From the NCBI GenBank assembly GCA_963832165.1, contig CAWHTE010000003.1, forward strand, positions 352,001 through 416,000: a stretch of DNA of 64,000 nt, in the 5' to 3' direction. Numbering within the stretch: the first letter of the stretch is position 1; every line of letters starts with the position of its first letter. Shown here in pieces: positions 19,310 through 29,913 of the stretch. Below the pieces are notes generated by a model. The model worked only from the letters and a program-made list of their open reading frames with translations, did no database searches and was not told the DNA's origin. The stretch is from an uncultured delta proteobacterium (GTDB lineage: Bacteria > Myxococcota_A > UBA9160 > SMWR01). A program made the translations under genes and the position numbers.

Positions 19310-19663
19310 ATGGCCTGGGTGATCACGCGACTGTGTCGGGAATGTGTCGATCAGTCGTGCGTCGAAGTCTGCCCCGTCGATTGCATCTATACCTACAACG
19401 GCGACGACTCCAGCTCGTTCCCCAATCAGCTCTACATCGATCCCGAAGAGTGCATCAACTGCGGTGTCTGTGAGCCCGAGTGTCCGTGGGAAGCGATCTT
19501 CGAGGACGAGCAGGTTCCCGAGGTGTTCCGCGAGGACATCGGGCTCAACGCGAGATGTGTCGACGCGAAGGACAATTTCTCGGTGCCGGAAGTCGAGGAG
19601 AAGGACAAGCCGTCACCGGAGCAGATCGAGTCCAACAAGCAGAAGTGGGGCTACGCGGGCTGA
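19310..19663 (+). CDS. fdxA: Dicluster ferredoxin (FdxA type)
   Basis: [17 protein letters not shown] and [17 protein letters not shown]. Confidence 0.92.
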   Translation: MAWVITRLCRECVDQSCVEVCPVDCIYTYNGDDSSSFPNQLYIDPEECINCGVCEPECPWEAIFEDEQVPEVFREDIGLNARCVDAKDNFSVPEVEEKDKPSPEQIESNKQKWGYAG

Positions 19664-20475
19664 GGTCCGAACGCGTCGGCCATGACGCGGGTTGCGAGCG
19701 CCCCATCGATCGGCCCGGCCCACGCCGCCAGTTGGGCGACGGCCTGATGAACGAGCATCCAGCGCCCCGAGACCGCGCGCGCACCGCGCGCCTGCGCGTC
19801 GCGGAGTAGCCGGGTGCGCTCGGGCGCATAGACGGCGTCGAGCACGATCGCACCTCTCTGGATCGACGACGCCGGCACAGGTGATTCCTCGCTGTTCATC
19901 CCGACCGATGTCGCATTGACGAGCACGTCGTGCGGAACCTCTGTGAGGGACTCGAGTGGACCGGCGCCCTGTGCGCCGATCTCGCGCGCGAGGGCCTCGG
20001 CGCGCGACACGTTTCGGTTCAGCACATGTACCGCGGCTCGGCGCTGGATCAGCCCGAACGCGACGGCACGAGCGGTGCCGCCTGCGCCCAGAACGACGGC
20101 TCGTGCGCCCTCGAGAGGGCGCTCCTGCTCCAGTGCGTGGACAGCGCCGATCCAATCCGTGTTCGAGGCGACCAGGCGATCTCCGTGGCGCACGATCGTG
20201 TTTGCGGCACCGATGCGCGCGGCGGTTGCGTCCACCTCGTCGACGAGATCGAGGATTCGCGTCTTGTGCGGGATCGAAATCGAGACCTGACGGAGACCGA
20301 GTCCTCGAATCCCGGCGATCGCGTCTCGCAAGCGAGACTCCGGTACGTCGAACACGACGTAGAGAGCGTCGAGGCCGAGCGCCGCGTAGGCGGCGTTGTG
20401 CATCGCGGGCGACCGAGTGTGCCCGGCCGGATGCAGCACGATGCCACACAGCGCAGTCGATGCAGTGACAGGCAC
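19651..20475 (-). CDS. aroE: Shikimate dehydrogenase
   Basis: [49 protein letters not shown]; start approximate (GTG). Confidence 0.93.
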   Translation of the reverse strand: MPVTASTALCGIVLHPAGHTRSPAMHNAAYAALGLDALYVVFDVPESRLRDAIAGIRGLGLRQVSISIPHKTRILDLVDEVDATAARIGAANTIVRHGDRLVASNTDWIGAVHALEQERPLEGARAVVLGAGGTARAVAFGLIQRRAAVHVLNRNVSRAEALAREIGAQGAGPLESLTEVPHDVLVNATSVGMNSEESPVPASSIQRGAIVLDAVYAPERTRLLRDAQARGARAVSGRWMLVHQAVAQLAAWAGPIDGALATRVMADAFGPQPA

Positions 20476-20541
20476 GGAAGGTCCCTCCGCGAAGGGCCGC
20501 AAGCCTATCGGATCGCGATCCGGGCACCTACAATGCCGCGC

Positions 20542-21057
20542 GTGGCGCAGGAGGAGCGGCCGGTGGCCAAACCGCGAGCACGAGTCGCGATCATCATGGG
20601 CAGCGCGAGTGATTGGGACGTGATGAAGGCGGCCGAACAGATGCTCGACGAGCTCGGAATTCCGAGCGACGCGCGCGTGATCTCGGCCCACCGCACCCCC
20701 GAGCGGCTCACGCGCTTCCTGGCCACCGCCGAGGAGGATGGCATCGAGGTCGTGATCGCAGGCGCCGGAGCGGCCGCGCATCTCGCGGGTGTCACCGCCG
20801 CACACACCCTGCTTCCGGTGCTAGGTGTTCCGCTTCCCGGGTCCGAGCTGCGGGGATTCGACGCCCTGCTCGCGACGGTTCAGATGCCCGGCGGGATCCC
20901 CGTCGCCACGTTCGCGATCGGGCGGTCGGGGGCGAAGAACGCCGCGCTGTTTGCGGCTGCCATCCTCGCGCGTGGAGACGATGCGATCCGCGATCGCCTC
21001 GCCAAGTTCCGCGAGGCGCAGTCGGCCGCAGTTCCGGAGCGCCCGCCCCGCGACTAA
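20542..21057 (+). CDS. purE: N5-CAIR mutase
   Basis: IIMGSASDW, ISAHRTP, IAGAGAAAHLAG, VQMPGGIPVAT; start is GTG 20542 or GTG 20563. Confidence 0.97.
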   Translation: MAQEERPVAKPRARVAIIMGSASDWDVMKAAEQMLDELGIPSDARVISAHRTPERLTRFLATAEEDGIEVVIAGAGAAAHLAGVTAAHTLLPVLGVPLPGSELRGFDALLATVQMPGGIPVATFAIGRSGAKNAALFAAAILARGDDAIRDRLAKFREAQSAAVPERPPRD

Positions 21058-21833
21058 CTCGAGATCTCTCGCGCCCGCGCGAGCGCGGCCCGGAGATCGC
21101 TCCATACCGCGCGCCGATTCTCTTCGGTGTACTGGCGCAGCACGAAAGCCGGGTGGAGCGTCGGCATCACCGGGATGTCCTTGTAGGTCTGCCAGGTCCC
21201 GCGAACACGAGTGATCGCGACGTCTCGGCCGAGCAGCAGGCTTGTCGCGGGCTTGCCGAGCGCAACGATCACCTTGGGCCGCACCGCTGCGATCTGGCCG
21301 TCGAGGAACACACCGCACGTGCGCGCCTCGTCGGGTAGCGGCGTGCGGTTCTCCGGAGGCCGACACTTTACGATGTTGCAGATGTAGACCTCGCGCCGCG
21401 GGATTCCCAGGCCCTTCTCGATCATCGCCGTGAGGAGCTCCCCGGCGCGCCCCACGAACGGGAGCCCCCTGCGGTCTTCCTCGGCCCCGGGGCCCTCGCC
21501 GATGAACATCAGCTCCGCGTGCGGATCCCCGTCCCCGAACACGATCTGCGTGCGCTGCTCGCACAGACGACACCGCGTGCAATCGCCGAGCGCTGCGCGG
21601 ACGCTCTCGAGCGTGGTGTCGGCGCTCCAGGACGGCGGGACCTCGAACAGGCTCGGCGGCTCCGATCGGCTCGGGGGTGCGGCGAGCGGCGCGACTTCGC
21701 GCTCGGACGCCTCCGGGGAAGAGGGGGCTGACATCGCCTCGGCGCGCTCGAGGCCCTCCTCCGCGAACTCGCCGAGCCACGCTCGCGCGGACGCGAGCCA
21801 CGACAGCAGCTCACCCTGGGCCGACGGACTCAC
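21054..21833 (-). CDS. Uracil-DNA glycosylase family 4 (Fe-S)
   Basis: [38 protein letters not shown]. Confidence 0.93.
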   Translation of the reverse strand: MSPSAQGELLSWLASARAWLGEFAEEGLERAEAMSAPSSPEASEREVAPLAAPPSRSEPPSLFEVPPSWSADTTLESVRAALGDCTRCRLCEQRTQIVFGDGDPHAELMFIGEGPGAEEDRRGLPFVGRAGELLTAMIEKGLGIPRREVYICNIVKCRPPENRTPLPDEARTCGVFLDGQIAAVRPKVIVALGKPATSLLLGRDVAITRVRGTWQTYKDIPVMPTLHPAFVLRQYTEENRRAVWSDLRAALARAREISS

Positions 21834-21837
21834 CGGA

Positions 21838-23862
21838 TCATTCCGCGAGGCGGCTGTCGCGCTCGGCGAAGGCCTGCGCGAGGAGCGCCGCGTCGTTCGG
21901 TGGGGACGAGGCGGTCGGCGGCTTGCCGGGCGAGAGAGGCTTGCCCGTGCCCGCTTCGATCGTCCCGTGTCGGATCTTGTCGATCTTCGCCTTGACCTCG
22001 AACTCGAAGCCCGGGTCGTTGGCATCGTCGTGGCAGGCCCCGCAGATCTGGAGGATCACGCACGAATCGCACTTGTCTCCGAGCGAGACGATCGTTCCCC
22101 GCTTGGTGGCTGCGTCGACGTGATCTCCGCCGGGCCCGTGACAGGATTCGCAACCGACGCGCGCGAGATCGCCGTGCGCCTTGGTCCCGGGCTCGAAGCC
22201 GCCCGTGCGGCCAAAGCCCGTCGTGTGACACTTCAGGCAATTCGCATCGTTCGCCTTGTGTTTCGCCTCGAGGCTCGCGATCGCCTTCGCGTGCGGACTC
22301 GCGGCCCACGTCTCGAATTCCTTCGCGTGACAGCTCTGGCAGGCCTCCGATCCCACGTGGCGAGCTGCCGTCGGGAGCAAGTCGGTCCGGATCGCACCGC
22401 GCTGCTCCATGATCCGCCGGCGCTCTTCCTGGGGAAGCGCGAGGATGTGCGCGTTGGCCGCGTGCGACACCTGGGGCAGGAAGGTCGCGTAGTCGAAGCC
22501 GAGCGAGTGCTTCGTGTCGTGGCAGGTGAGGCAGGCAGGCTGGTAGTCGCCCTTCGCGGGGGTGCCGGGCGAGAGGTGCGGCCCGCCGCGGCCGTGGCAC
22601 GACTCACAACCGACGTTCTCGAGCTCGTGGGGCTTCTTGTCGAGCGCGAAACCGCCGTCCTGCCCGAACCCCACGACGTGACAGCTGACGCACTCCGGAT
22701 CGGAATCGGAGCCGTGGGTCACGAGCGTGCTGAACGCGCGCGCGTGGGTCGTGAGCTCCCAGGTCTCGTGCTCTGACTCATGACACACGCCGCAGACCTC
22801 GCTCCCGGAGTAGCCCTTGGCGCGCAGGAGCATGGGAATCGGCGCACCCGCGAGCTTGGCCATCCGCATCCGGAGCAGCGGGCCGTCGACTTCGCCGCGC
22901 CAGCCCTGCATGCGATGTGCGATTCGCCCCTCGCGATCGATCATCACGAGATCGGGCACTCCCGAGAACGAGCCGTAGGCGGACTGGATCTTGCCGCCGT
23001 CGTCGAAGATCACCGGGAAGAAGTCCAGGCCGTCGCTGCGAAGCGTGCTGCGCACGGCGTCGCTACGGCCGGTCAGCTCGAGTCCGACCACAAGCGGCCT
23101 TTTGTCCTCGGGCATCTCTGCGAGCGCCGTCTTGATGAACTCGAGCGCCTCGTGACAGTGCGGGCAGGTGTGGAGAAAGAAGAGCAGGAGCACCGGGCGT
23201 CCGCGCGTCGAGGAGAGATCGAAGCGCTCCGGTTTGTCGAGCGCGGTGGCCGTGAACTGCGGCGCGATCGGGCGCTCGCCCGGAACCGCCTCGTCGTGGC
23301 CGGGCAGGCGCAGCGCGGTTCGGATCTGGGACTCGGTCGCGTCGACCGCGCCCGGCCCCGGGGCCGGGAACTGCGCCATGGCCCACACGAGATAGCCCTC
23401 TGAATCGACCCCGAGCAGCGCGGCCGGGAAGCGGAGGCCCAGGCGGTCCGTGATGCGTTTCGAGGCATCGTCGATCACGGGGAAGTCGAGCCCATGCTCG
23501 GCCGCGTAGGCCTTCGCTTTCGGGCGGCTCGATCCGGTCTCGACCCCCACGACGTCGAAGTTGTACTCGCCGCGCAGCTTCGCGATCCGCGCCACCGCGT
23601 CGCTGACCGGTGCCGCCGCCGCGTCCTCGGGATCGAAGAAGTAGACGACCAGGCGCTTGCCGATGTGCGTCGAGATGTCGAGGCGCTCGTCGTCGAGCGT
23701 CCAGCCCGAGAACGCGGGCAGCGGGCGCTCCTCGCGCGCGGCCTTCTTCGGCTCCTGGCTCGGGGCGGAGGCCTTGTTCGCGGACGAGTCGTCGCCGTTG
23801 CACGCGAGAGCGGGCCCAATGGCGAGGAGTGCGCAGATGAGGGCCCTCACCCGAGTCATCAC
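21838..23862 (-). CDS. Lipoprotein with two redoxin (thioredoxin-fold) domains and two c554-like tetraheme modules
   Basis: Lipobox ALAC; AhpC/TSA-like domains (first without CxxC, second with CPHC); eight C-terminal CxxCH motifs: CGVCH, CVSCH, CESCH, CLTCH, CQSCH, CLKCH, CESCH, CGACH. Confidence 0.88.
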   Translation of the reverse strand: MMTRVRALICALLAIGPALACNGDDSSANKASAPSQEPKKAAREERPLPAFSGWTLDDERLDISTHIGKRLVVYFFDPEDAAAAPVSDAVARIAKLRGEYNFDVVGVETGSSRPKAKAYAAEHGLDFPVIDDASKRITDRLGLRFPAALLGVDSEGYLVWAMAQFPAPGPGAVDATESQIRTALRLPGHDEAVPGERPIAPQFTATALDKPERFDLSSTRGRPVLLLFFLHTCPHCHEALEFIKTALAEMPEDKRPLVVGLELTGRSDAVRSTLRSDGLDFFPVIFDDGGKIQSAYGSFSGVPDLVMIDREGRIAHRMQGWRGEVDGPLLRMRMAKLAGAPIPMLLRAKGYSGSEVCGVCHESEHETWELTTHARAFSTLVTHGSDSDPECVSCHVVGFGQDGGFALDKKPHELENVGCESCHGRGGPHLSPGTPAKGDYQPACLTCHDTKHSLGFDYATFLPQVSHAANAHILALPQEERRRIMEQRGAIRTDLLPTAARHVGSEACQSCHAKEFETWAASPHAKAIASLEAKHKANDANCLKCHTTGFGRTGGFEPGTKAHGDLARVGCESCHGPGGDHVDAATKRGTIVSLGDKCDSCVILQICGACHDDANDPGFEFEVKAKIDKIRHGTIEAGTGKPLSPGKPPTASSPPNDAALLAQAFAERDSRLAE

Positions 23863-23901
23863 GCGCCGCAGAGTAGCGCAGCCGCTGCGAGCGATCGTCG
23901 C

Positions 23902-25050
23902 CTAAGCCGTCTTCTCAAGGATGTGAATGCCGCAGGCGCTCCCGAGTCCGATCACGTGTGCGAGCCCGACGCGCGCACCCTGGACCTGCCGATCGCCGGC
24001 CTCGCCGCGCAGGTGCGTCGCGATCTCGTACACGTTGGCGATGCCCGTGGCGCCCAGCGGGTGCCCCTTCGAGAGCAGGCCTCCCGAGACGTTCACGGGA
24101 ATGCGGCCGCCGTGTGCGGTCTGGCCCTCGTCGATGAGTCGGCCCGCCTCGCCTTCCCCGCACAGTCCCAGATTCTCGTAGTGGAGGATCTCCGCGGTCG
24201 CGAAGCAGTCGTGCAGCTCGACGAGATCCACGTCGTCCGGCCCGATTCCCGCCATCTCGTAGGCCTTGGCGGCGGCCAGACGCGTACAGGTGTTGACGTC
24301 GGGCATCACGAGATCGCGCTGCGTGAACGGGTCGCTGGTGAGGATCGACGCCGAGACCTTCACTGCGCGCTTCAGGCCCAGCTCGCGCGCCTTCTTCTCG
24401 GACGCGAGCACGGCGGCCGCCGCGCCGTCGACGTTGACCGAGCACATCAGCTTGGTGTTCGGGTACGCGATCATCTCCGCGCCCATCACCATCTCGAGCG
24501 GCGTCTCGTTGCGATACATCGACTTCGCGTTCTTCGTCGAATGCTTGTGGTTCTTGACGGAGACCTTCGCGAACTGCTCGAAGGTGGTTCCGTACTTGCG
24601 CGCGTGCTCCATGCCCGCCTCGGCGAACACGGCCGGCATCAGGCCGGAGCCGAGCAGACCCTCCTTGGGAATGCCGCGGCCTCCGCCCGCACCGCCGAGC
24701 AGGCCCGCCTTGCCGAGCTGCTCGACGCCGACGGCGAGCACGAGGTCGTTCACGCCCGCCTTGATCGACATCCAGGCGCCGCGCAGCGCCGTCGCGCCCG
24801 TCGCGCACGCATTGGCGCTGTTGGTCACGGGGATCCCCGTCTGCCCGATCTCCTGGAGGACGCGCTGGCCGACCATCCCCGACGCCTGCATGAGATTTCC
24901 GCAGTAGAGCGCCTCGATGTCCTGGATCTTCACGCCGGCGTCCTTGAGCGCGAGCTGTGCTGCCTCGGCGCCGAGCTCCGGAACCGACTTCTCCGGGTAG
25001 CGGCCGAAGCGGATCATGTCGATTCCGACGACGTATACGTTCTCGCCCAT
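23902..25050 (-). CDS. SCP2-type thiolase / lipid-transfer family protein
   Basis: NACATG, VGVE, DGAAA, ELHDCF, NVSGGLLSKGHPLGATG. Confidence 0.93.
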   Translation of the reverse strand: MGENVYVVGIDMIRFGRYPEKSVPELGAEAAQLALKDAGVKIQDIEALYCGNLMQASGMVGQRVLQEIGQTGIPVTNSANACATGATALRGAWMSIKAGVNDLVLAVGVEQLGKAGLLGGAGGGRGIPKEGLLGSGLMPAVFAEAGMEHARKYGTTFEQFAKVSVKNHKHSTKNAKSMYRNETPLEMVMGAEMIAYPNTKLMCSVNVDGAAAAVLASEKKARELGLKRAVKVSASILTSDPFTQRDLVMPDVNTCTRLAAAKAYEMAGIGPDDVDLVELHDCFATAEILHYENLGLCGEGEAGRLIDEGQTAHGGRIPVNVSGGLLSKGHPLGATGIANVYEIATHLRGEAGDRQVQGARVGLAHVIGLGSACGIHILEKTA

Positions 25051-25090
25051 GTTCTCGAGCTCCTTCGCGTGAGGCGTTGTGTCTCTGGTC

Positions 25091-25522
25091 TCAGGCGCGC
25101 GGTTTGAAGTAGTAGGTGAGGTACTCGTTGCCCTCTTTGTCCTTGCGCGGGGCGATCTCGTACACCACCTCGACGGCCATACCCATCTTGATCTTGGCCG
25201 GGTCGGGCTCGATGCCGATCAGGTTCCCCTTGACGGTTCCGCCGCCCTCGAGATCGACGATCGCGGAGACGTAGGGCACCTCGATGCCCGGAAACGACCG
25301 ATGGACGATCGAGTACACGTAGAGCTCGCCGCGGTCCGACAGCCGGGTCGCCTCGAACGAGCCCGTCGTGCCGCAGCTCGAACAGGTGAGGCGTTCGCCC
25401 AGGAAGAGGGCGTTGCACTTGCGGCACTTCTGACCCTCGAGATAGGGACTGCCGCTCGTGGGAATCTTCAGGAACTCGACGATCGGACGCGGACCGCTCG
25501 CGGTGGCGGCTTCGGGGGGCAT
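25091..25522 (-). CDS. Zn-ribbon OB-fold (DUF35 / ChsH2-like) thiolase partner
   Basis: CRKC...CSSC zinc ribbon, GELYVYSIVH, PYVSAIVDLEGG, IKMGMAVEV. Confidence 0.9.
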   Translation of the reverse strand: MPPEAATASGPRPIVEFLKIPTSGSPYLEGQKCRKCNALFLGERLTCSSCGTTGSFEATRLSDRGELYVYSIVHRSFPGIEVPYVSAIVDLEGGGTVKGNLIGIEPDPAKIKMGMAVEVVYEIAPRKDKEGNEYLTYYFKPRA

Positions 25523-25589
25523 GGGGATCCTCCTGCGGGCGACGCAGGATGCCAGCATGCGCACGCGCCTGTCAAACCAGGCCGTGGAT

Positions 25590-26102
25590 TCAGCGCAGCG
25601 CCTTCTTCGCCTGGGCGAGCCGCTCCTTGAACACCGAATTGTCGGGCTCGAAGGTGAGGGCGGTTTGCAGGTTCCGCGCGGCTGAGGCCCAGTTCCCCCG
25701 CGCGATGTCGGTCTCGGCGAGCTTGAAGAATTGACGCCCCTGCGGCGTGCGCCCGCCGCGCTCCACGGTGGACTGGCGATCCGCTTCGGCCGCGGCGTCC
25801 GCGAGCTGCATCCGCACGACGGGCGTGCCGCCCTCGAGGGTGCGGTCGTAGGCCTGGCGGCGCCTCGGGTCGCGCAGCACCGCGTAGGCCTCCGTGACCC
25901 GCTTGGCGATCACGTGGGAAGCGGTGCGCAGGTCGTTGCCGAGGTGCCGGTTGGCATCGGGGTGGAAGTTGCGCGAGCTGTTGTGATAGGCGCGCTTCAC
26001 TTCTGCCGTACCCGCGTCTCGCCGCAGGTCGAGCAACTGGTAGTAGTCCAGCTCTTCGATGATGCGCGAGAGCGCGACGATCTCGCTGGGCGCCATCTTC
26101 AT
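25590..26102 (-). CDS. J-domain co-chaperone with a C-terminal TPR-like helix pair
   Basis: DYYQLL...VKRAYH...FHPD...EAYAVLRDPRRRQAYD; C-terminal AARNLQTALTFEPDN. Confidence 0.9.
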   Translation of the reverse strand: MKMAPSEIVALSRIIEELDYYQLLDLRRDAGTAEVKRAYHNSSRNFHPDANRHLGNDLRTASHVIAKRVTEAYAVLRDPRRRQAYDRTLEGGTPVVRMQLADAAAEADRQSTVERGGRTPQGRQFFKLAETDIARGNWASAARNLQTALTFEPDNSVFKERLAQAKKALR

Positions 26103-26110
26103 GGCGCGCC

Positions 26111-28196
26111 TCAGTTCTGCGACTCGGGGTCGGATAGCTCGGCGCCCGAGGTGTCGAAGAGCGAGTCGCCCTCCTCGAACGGTTCGGCCGCGAGGTCGAG
26201 GTCGCTCGTGTCGAGCGCGGCGAGATCCTCCTCGGAGAGCTCGACCTCGTCGCTACGCAGCGCGGGACTCGCGCCCGCCTTCGCGGTCGCGGGTGCCGCA
26301 GATGTCGCTTCGACGGTGTCCCAATCGGGCTGGGTGGTGGCGCCGCTGTCGATCTCGAGCGGATCGGTGTCGAGCGCGTCCGAGGGCTCGACCTCGAGCA
26401 GATCCTCGTCGAGATCGCCGCCCACGTCTGCGAGGTCGGTTTCAGGCATCGGGATCAGCGCGTCGGAATCGTCCAGAACCGGTGCGGGGGCAGCGGCGCG
26501 CCGCCGATCGGGCACCGGCACGGGAGCAGGCGCGGGTGCGGCCGGCGTGCGCGGAATCGGCGCGGGCGCCTTCAGCGAGGGCGCTGCCGCCGCGGCCGCG
26601 CGCGGCACCGGGCCCGGCGCTCCGGTCTGCACACGGCTCGGCGTCTGCGCGGCCGATGATCTTCTTGATCTCACCCTCGGACAGCCCCGACGAGAGCGTG
26701 ATGCGCGTCGAGGTCTGCTGTCCGGTCTTCTTGTCGCTCGCGGTCACGTTCACGATCCCGTCCGTGTTGATCTCGAACGTGACGTCGATCTCGACCTCGC
26801 CGCGCGCGCCGCGCTGGAAGTTCGAGAACTCGAATTGACCGAGCAGCTCGTTCTCGCTCGCCTCGCGCGACTCGCCCTGGTACACGCGGATCTTGACCGA
26901 CTCCTGATCGTCACGCGCCGTCGTGAACGTGCGCGTCTGCTCGATCGGAACCGGGGTGTTGCGTCCGATCACGGTCTCCGAGAGTCCGCCCGCGACGCCG
27001 ACCTGGAGCGAGAGCGGCGTCACGTCGAGCAGGTAGGCGTCGCCGGTCGTCTGCTCGACCAGTGACGCCGCGTGGATCGCCGCGCCCATCGCGACCACTT
27101 CGTCGGGGTCGACGTCGTGCCTCGGCTCCTGCTGGAAGTACTCCGCCACCGCCCGGCGGATGCCCGGCAACCGCGTCGGGCCGCCGACGAGGATCACGCC
27201 GTCGAGGTCGCGCGCGACGAGGCCCGCCTCCTGGAGCGCCTCGTCGCATACCTTGAAGGTGCGCACGACGAGGTCGGAGGTGAGCGACCAGAACATCTCG
27301 CTCGTGAGCGTGCGTTCGATCGAGCGCGAGCTCCCGTCGGGAGTCGTGATCACGTCGGGGATCCGGATCTCGACCTCTTCCTCGACGGACAGACCCTTCT
27401 TCGCGTTCTCGGCCGCCATCTTGAGCTTCTCGAGCGCGAACGGATCGTTGCGGAGGTTGATGCCCTCGCGCGCGAGGAAGTCCTCGGCGAGCCAGTCGAT
27501 CAGACGGTCGTCGAAGTCGTCGCCGCCCAGGAACGTATCGCCGCTCGTCGACAGCACCTCGAAGACGTCCTCGCCGATCTCGAGCACCGAGATATCGAAC
27601 GTGCCGCCGCCGAGGTCGTAGACGGCGACCTTCTGATTCAGGTCCTTGCCGAAGCCATACGCGAGCGCTGCCGCAGTGGGCTCGTTCAGGATGCGCAGCA
27701 CTTCGAGGCCCGCGATCCGCGCCGCGTCGCGCGTCGCCTGGCGCTGGTTGTCGTTGAAGTACGCGGGCACCGTCACGACGGCCTTGGCCACGGGGCGGCC
27801 GAGTCGCGAATCGGCGATCGACTTCAGCTCGCGCAGCACCATCGCGCCGATCTCGGGCAGGCTGAACACCTCCTGCCCGACCTGGATGCGCACGCTGTGG
27901 TTCTCGCCCTCGACGATCTTGTACGAGCAGATCGCCTTGGCCTTCTTGACTTCCTCGGAGAAGAAATAACGCCCGATCAGCCGCTTCGCGGAGTAGATCG
28001 TGCGCATGGGGTCGTGGATGATGTTGGCCTTGGCCGCATTCCCGACCGTGATCGACCCGTCGGAGCCGATGTTGACCACGCTCGCGGTCGTGCGCTCGCC
28101 ATAGGCGTTGGGCAGCACGTCGACGCGCCGGTTGCGCGCGATCGCCACGCAGGAGTTGCTGGTTCCGAGGTCGATGCCGACCGCAATCTCTGCCAT
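26111..28196 (-). CDS. Hsp70/DnaK paralog with a Pro/Ala linker and acidic tail, +1 frameshift near 26650
   Basis: GIDLGTSNS, TVPAYFNDNQRQAT, NEPTAAALAYG, DLGGGTFD, GGDDFD, LLDVTPLSL; the tail continues in ORF 26111..26674. Confidence 0.92.
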
Positions 28197-28226
28197 CAGG
28201 AGTCCCCGCCGTCGCTCCAACAGTCC

Positions 28227-28254
28227 TCATCGGCAGGTAGCGCGGGGGGCTGGA
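28227..28254 (-). promoter_or_regulatory. sigma28/FliA-like promoter candidate 2
   Basis: Minus strand TCCAG-N15-GCCGATGA, about 30 nt before the Hsp70 ATG. Confidence 0.65.
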
Positions 28255-28323
28255 GGAGCCGTTGCGTCTCTTGGAGCGTTGTGGGGCACGTGCTAAACCC
28301 CTTCTGTTTCCGGGGAGTTGCGT

Positions 28324-29073
28324 ATGTCTGGGCATTCCCGATGGTCGACGATCAAGCGCAAGAAGGGCGCTGCGGACGCCAAGCGCGGCAAGGTCTTCAC
28401 CAAGCTGATCCGCGAGATCAGCACGGCGGCCCGGATCGGGGGTGGCGACCCCAACGCGAACCCGCGGCTGCGCCTCGCCGTCGAAAAGGCGCGCGGCGCG
28501 AACATGGCCAAGGACACGATGGAGCGCGCGATCAAGAAGGGGATGGGGGGAGGCGAGGGCGCCGCTTTCGAGGAAGTGGTGTACGAGGGTTACGGCCCGG
28601 GCGGAACCGCGATCTACGTCGAGACCTTGACCGACAACAAGAACCGCACCGTCGGTGAAGTGCGCCACGTGCTGACCAAGTACGGGGGAAACCTCGGCGC
28701 GAACGGTTGCGTGGCCTACCTGTTCGAGAAGCGCGGCGTCGCGACCTTCGAGGCCACGTCGGTCGACGTCGACGCGCTCATGGAGGCCGCGCTCGAGGCG
28801 GGCGCGAACGACGTGGTCGAGTCGGGGAGCTCGATCGATGTGGTGACGGCGCCGGGCGCGCTCGGCGTCGTCGTCGAGGCGCTCTCGGCGAAGGGCTTCA
28901 AGGCGGCCGAGAGCAACATCACGATGGAGCCCAGCACCACCGTGAGCCTCGAGGGCACCCACGCGGAGACGATGCTGCGCGTGGCCGATGCCCTCGAAGA
29001 TCTCGACGACGTGCAGAACGTCTATGCGAACTTCGACATCTCCGACGACGAGATGCAGCGGATCGCGGGGTAG
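28324..29073 (+). CDS. yebC: YebC/PmpR family protein
   Basis: [48 protein letters not shown]. Confidence 0.97.
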   Translation: MSGHSRWSTIKRKKGAADAKRGKVFTKLIREISTAARIGGGDPNANPRLRLAVEKARGANMAKDTMERAIKKGMGGGEGAAFEEVVYEGYGPGGTAIYVETLTDNKNRTVGEVRHVLTKYGGNLGANGCVAYLFEKRGVATFEATSVDVDALMEAALEAGANDVVESGSSIDVVTAPGALGVVVEALSAKGFKAAESNITMEPSTTVSLEGTHAETMLRVADALEDLDDVQNVYANFDISDDEMQRIAG

Positions 29074-29090
29074 TTCGGCAAGCGCCGCGC

Positions 29091-29173
29091 CGCAAGTTTC
29101 GCGCAGCGAGCCGAAGGCGAGCGAAGACCATCGAGAGGGCGCGCGCAGCGAGGCGAAGCCGAGCGAAGTCGGA
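29091..29173 (+). repeat. Two tandem copies of the GA-hairpin repeat
   Basis: CGCAAGTTTCGCGCAGCGAGCCGAAGGCGAGCGAAGACCA and GGGCGCGCGCAGCGAGGCGAAGCCGAGCGAAGTCGGA. Confidence 0.85.
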
Positions 29174-29313
29174 AAGGTGGCCTCCGCGTCCGCAACGCCG
29201 ACGAGGAGCGAATCTTGGGTCGCGCTCCTAGCTCCGCTATTATGCCTCCGCGCGGCCACCCCCCGCGCGTCAGACCGCGTCGTCCGATCCTCTCGCCCCT
29301 GGCGTAGGCGCGC

Positions 29314-29913
29314 GTGGACACCGATATCGAACGACACCAAGACGGCGTAGCCACACGCGCGCGTTTGCGCGTGCTCGGCGTGGATCCCGGGTCCCAGGCC
29401 ACGGGCTATGGCGTGATCGACCGCGTCGGCTCCGAGCTGCACTGGGTCGCGCACGGCGTGCTGCGACCGACCCGCTCCGCTGCGCTCGCGCCGCGTCTGG
29501 CCTCGTTGACGGAGGCGCTGGCCGCCGTCATCGCGCAGTACGCACCCGACGTCGCGAGCGTCGAAGACGTCTTCGTCGCGGCGAGCCCGCGCGCGGCGCT
29601 CGTCCTCGGGCAGGCGCGCGGTGCCGCGCTCGTGGCGCTCGGCACCGCCGCGATCCCGTTGGTGGCGTACGCGCCCGCGCGGATCAAGCAGGCGGTGGCG
29701 GGCAGCGGCCGCGCGCCCAAGGACCAGATGCAGCGGATGGTGAAGCGGATGCTCGGACTCGCGAGCGCGCCTGCGGCCGACGCCGCCGATGCGCTCGCGG
29801 CTGCGATCTGTCACGCGCGGGCGGGACCGCTCGAGCGCGTGCGCCGGCCGCGCCCGCGTCCGCGCGTGAGCCTGCGCGACGTCGATCCGCAGCTGCTCCG
29901 GTGGGCGCGATGA
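29314..29913 (+). CDS. ruvC: Holliday junction resolvase
   Basis: [47 protein letters not shown]; start uncertain. Confidence 0.96.
   Translation: MDTDIERHQDGVATRARLRVLGVDPGSQATGYGVIDRVGSELHWVAHGVLRPTRSAALAPRLASLTEALAAVIAQYAPDVASVEDVFVAASPRAALVLGQARGAALVALGTAAIPLVAYAPARIKQAVAGSGRAPKDQMQRMVKRMLGLASAPAADAADALAAAICHARAGPLERVRRPRPRPRVSLRDVDPQLLRWAR

Noticed and set aside
29091..29173. Tandem repeats as a mini CRISPR array
   Set aside because: Only two divergent copies with a ~6-nt gap, other copies dispersed, and no cas genes
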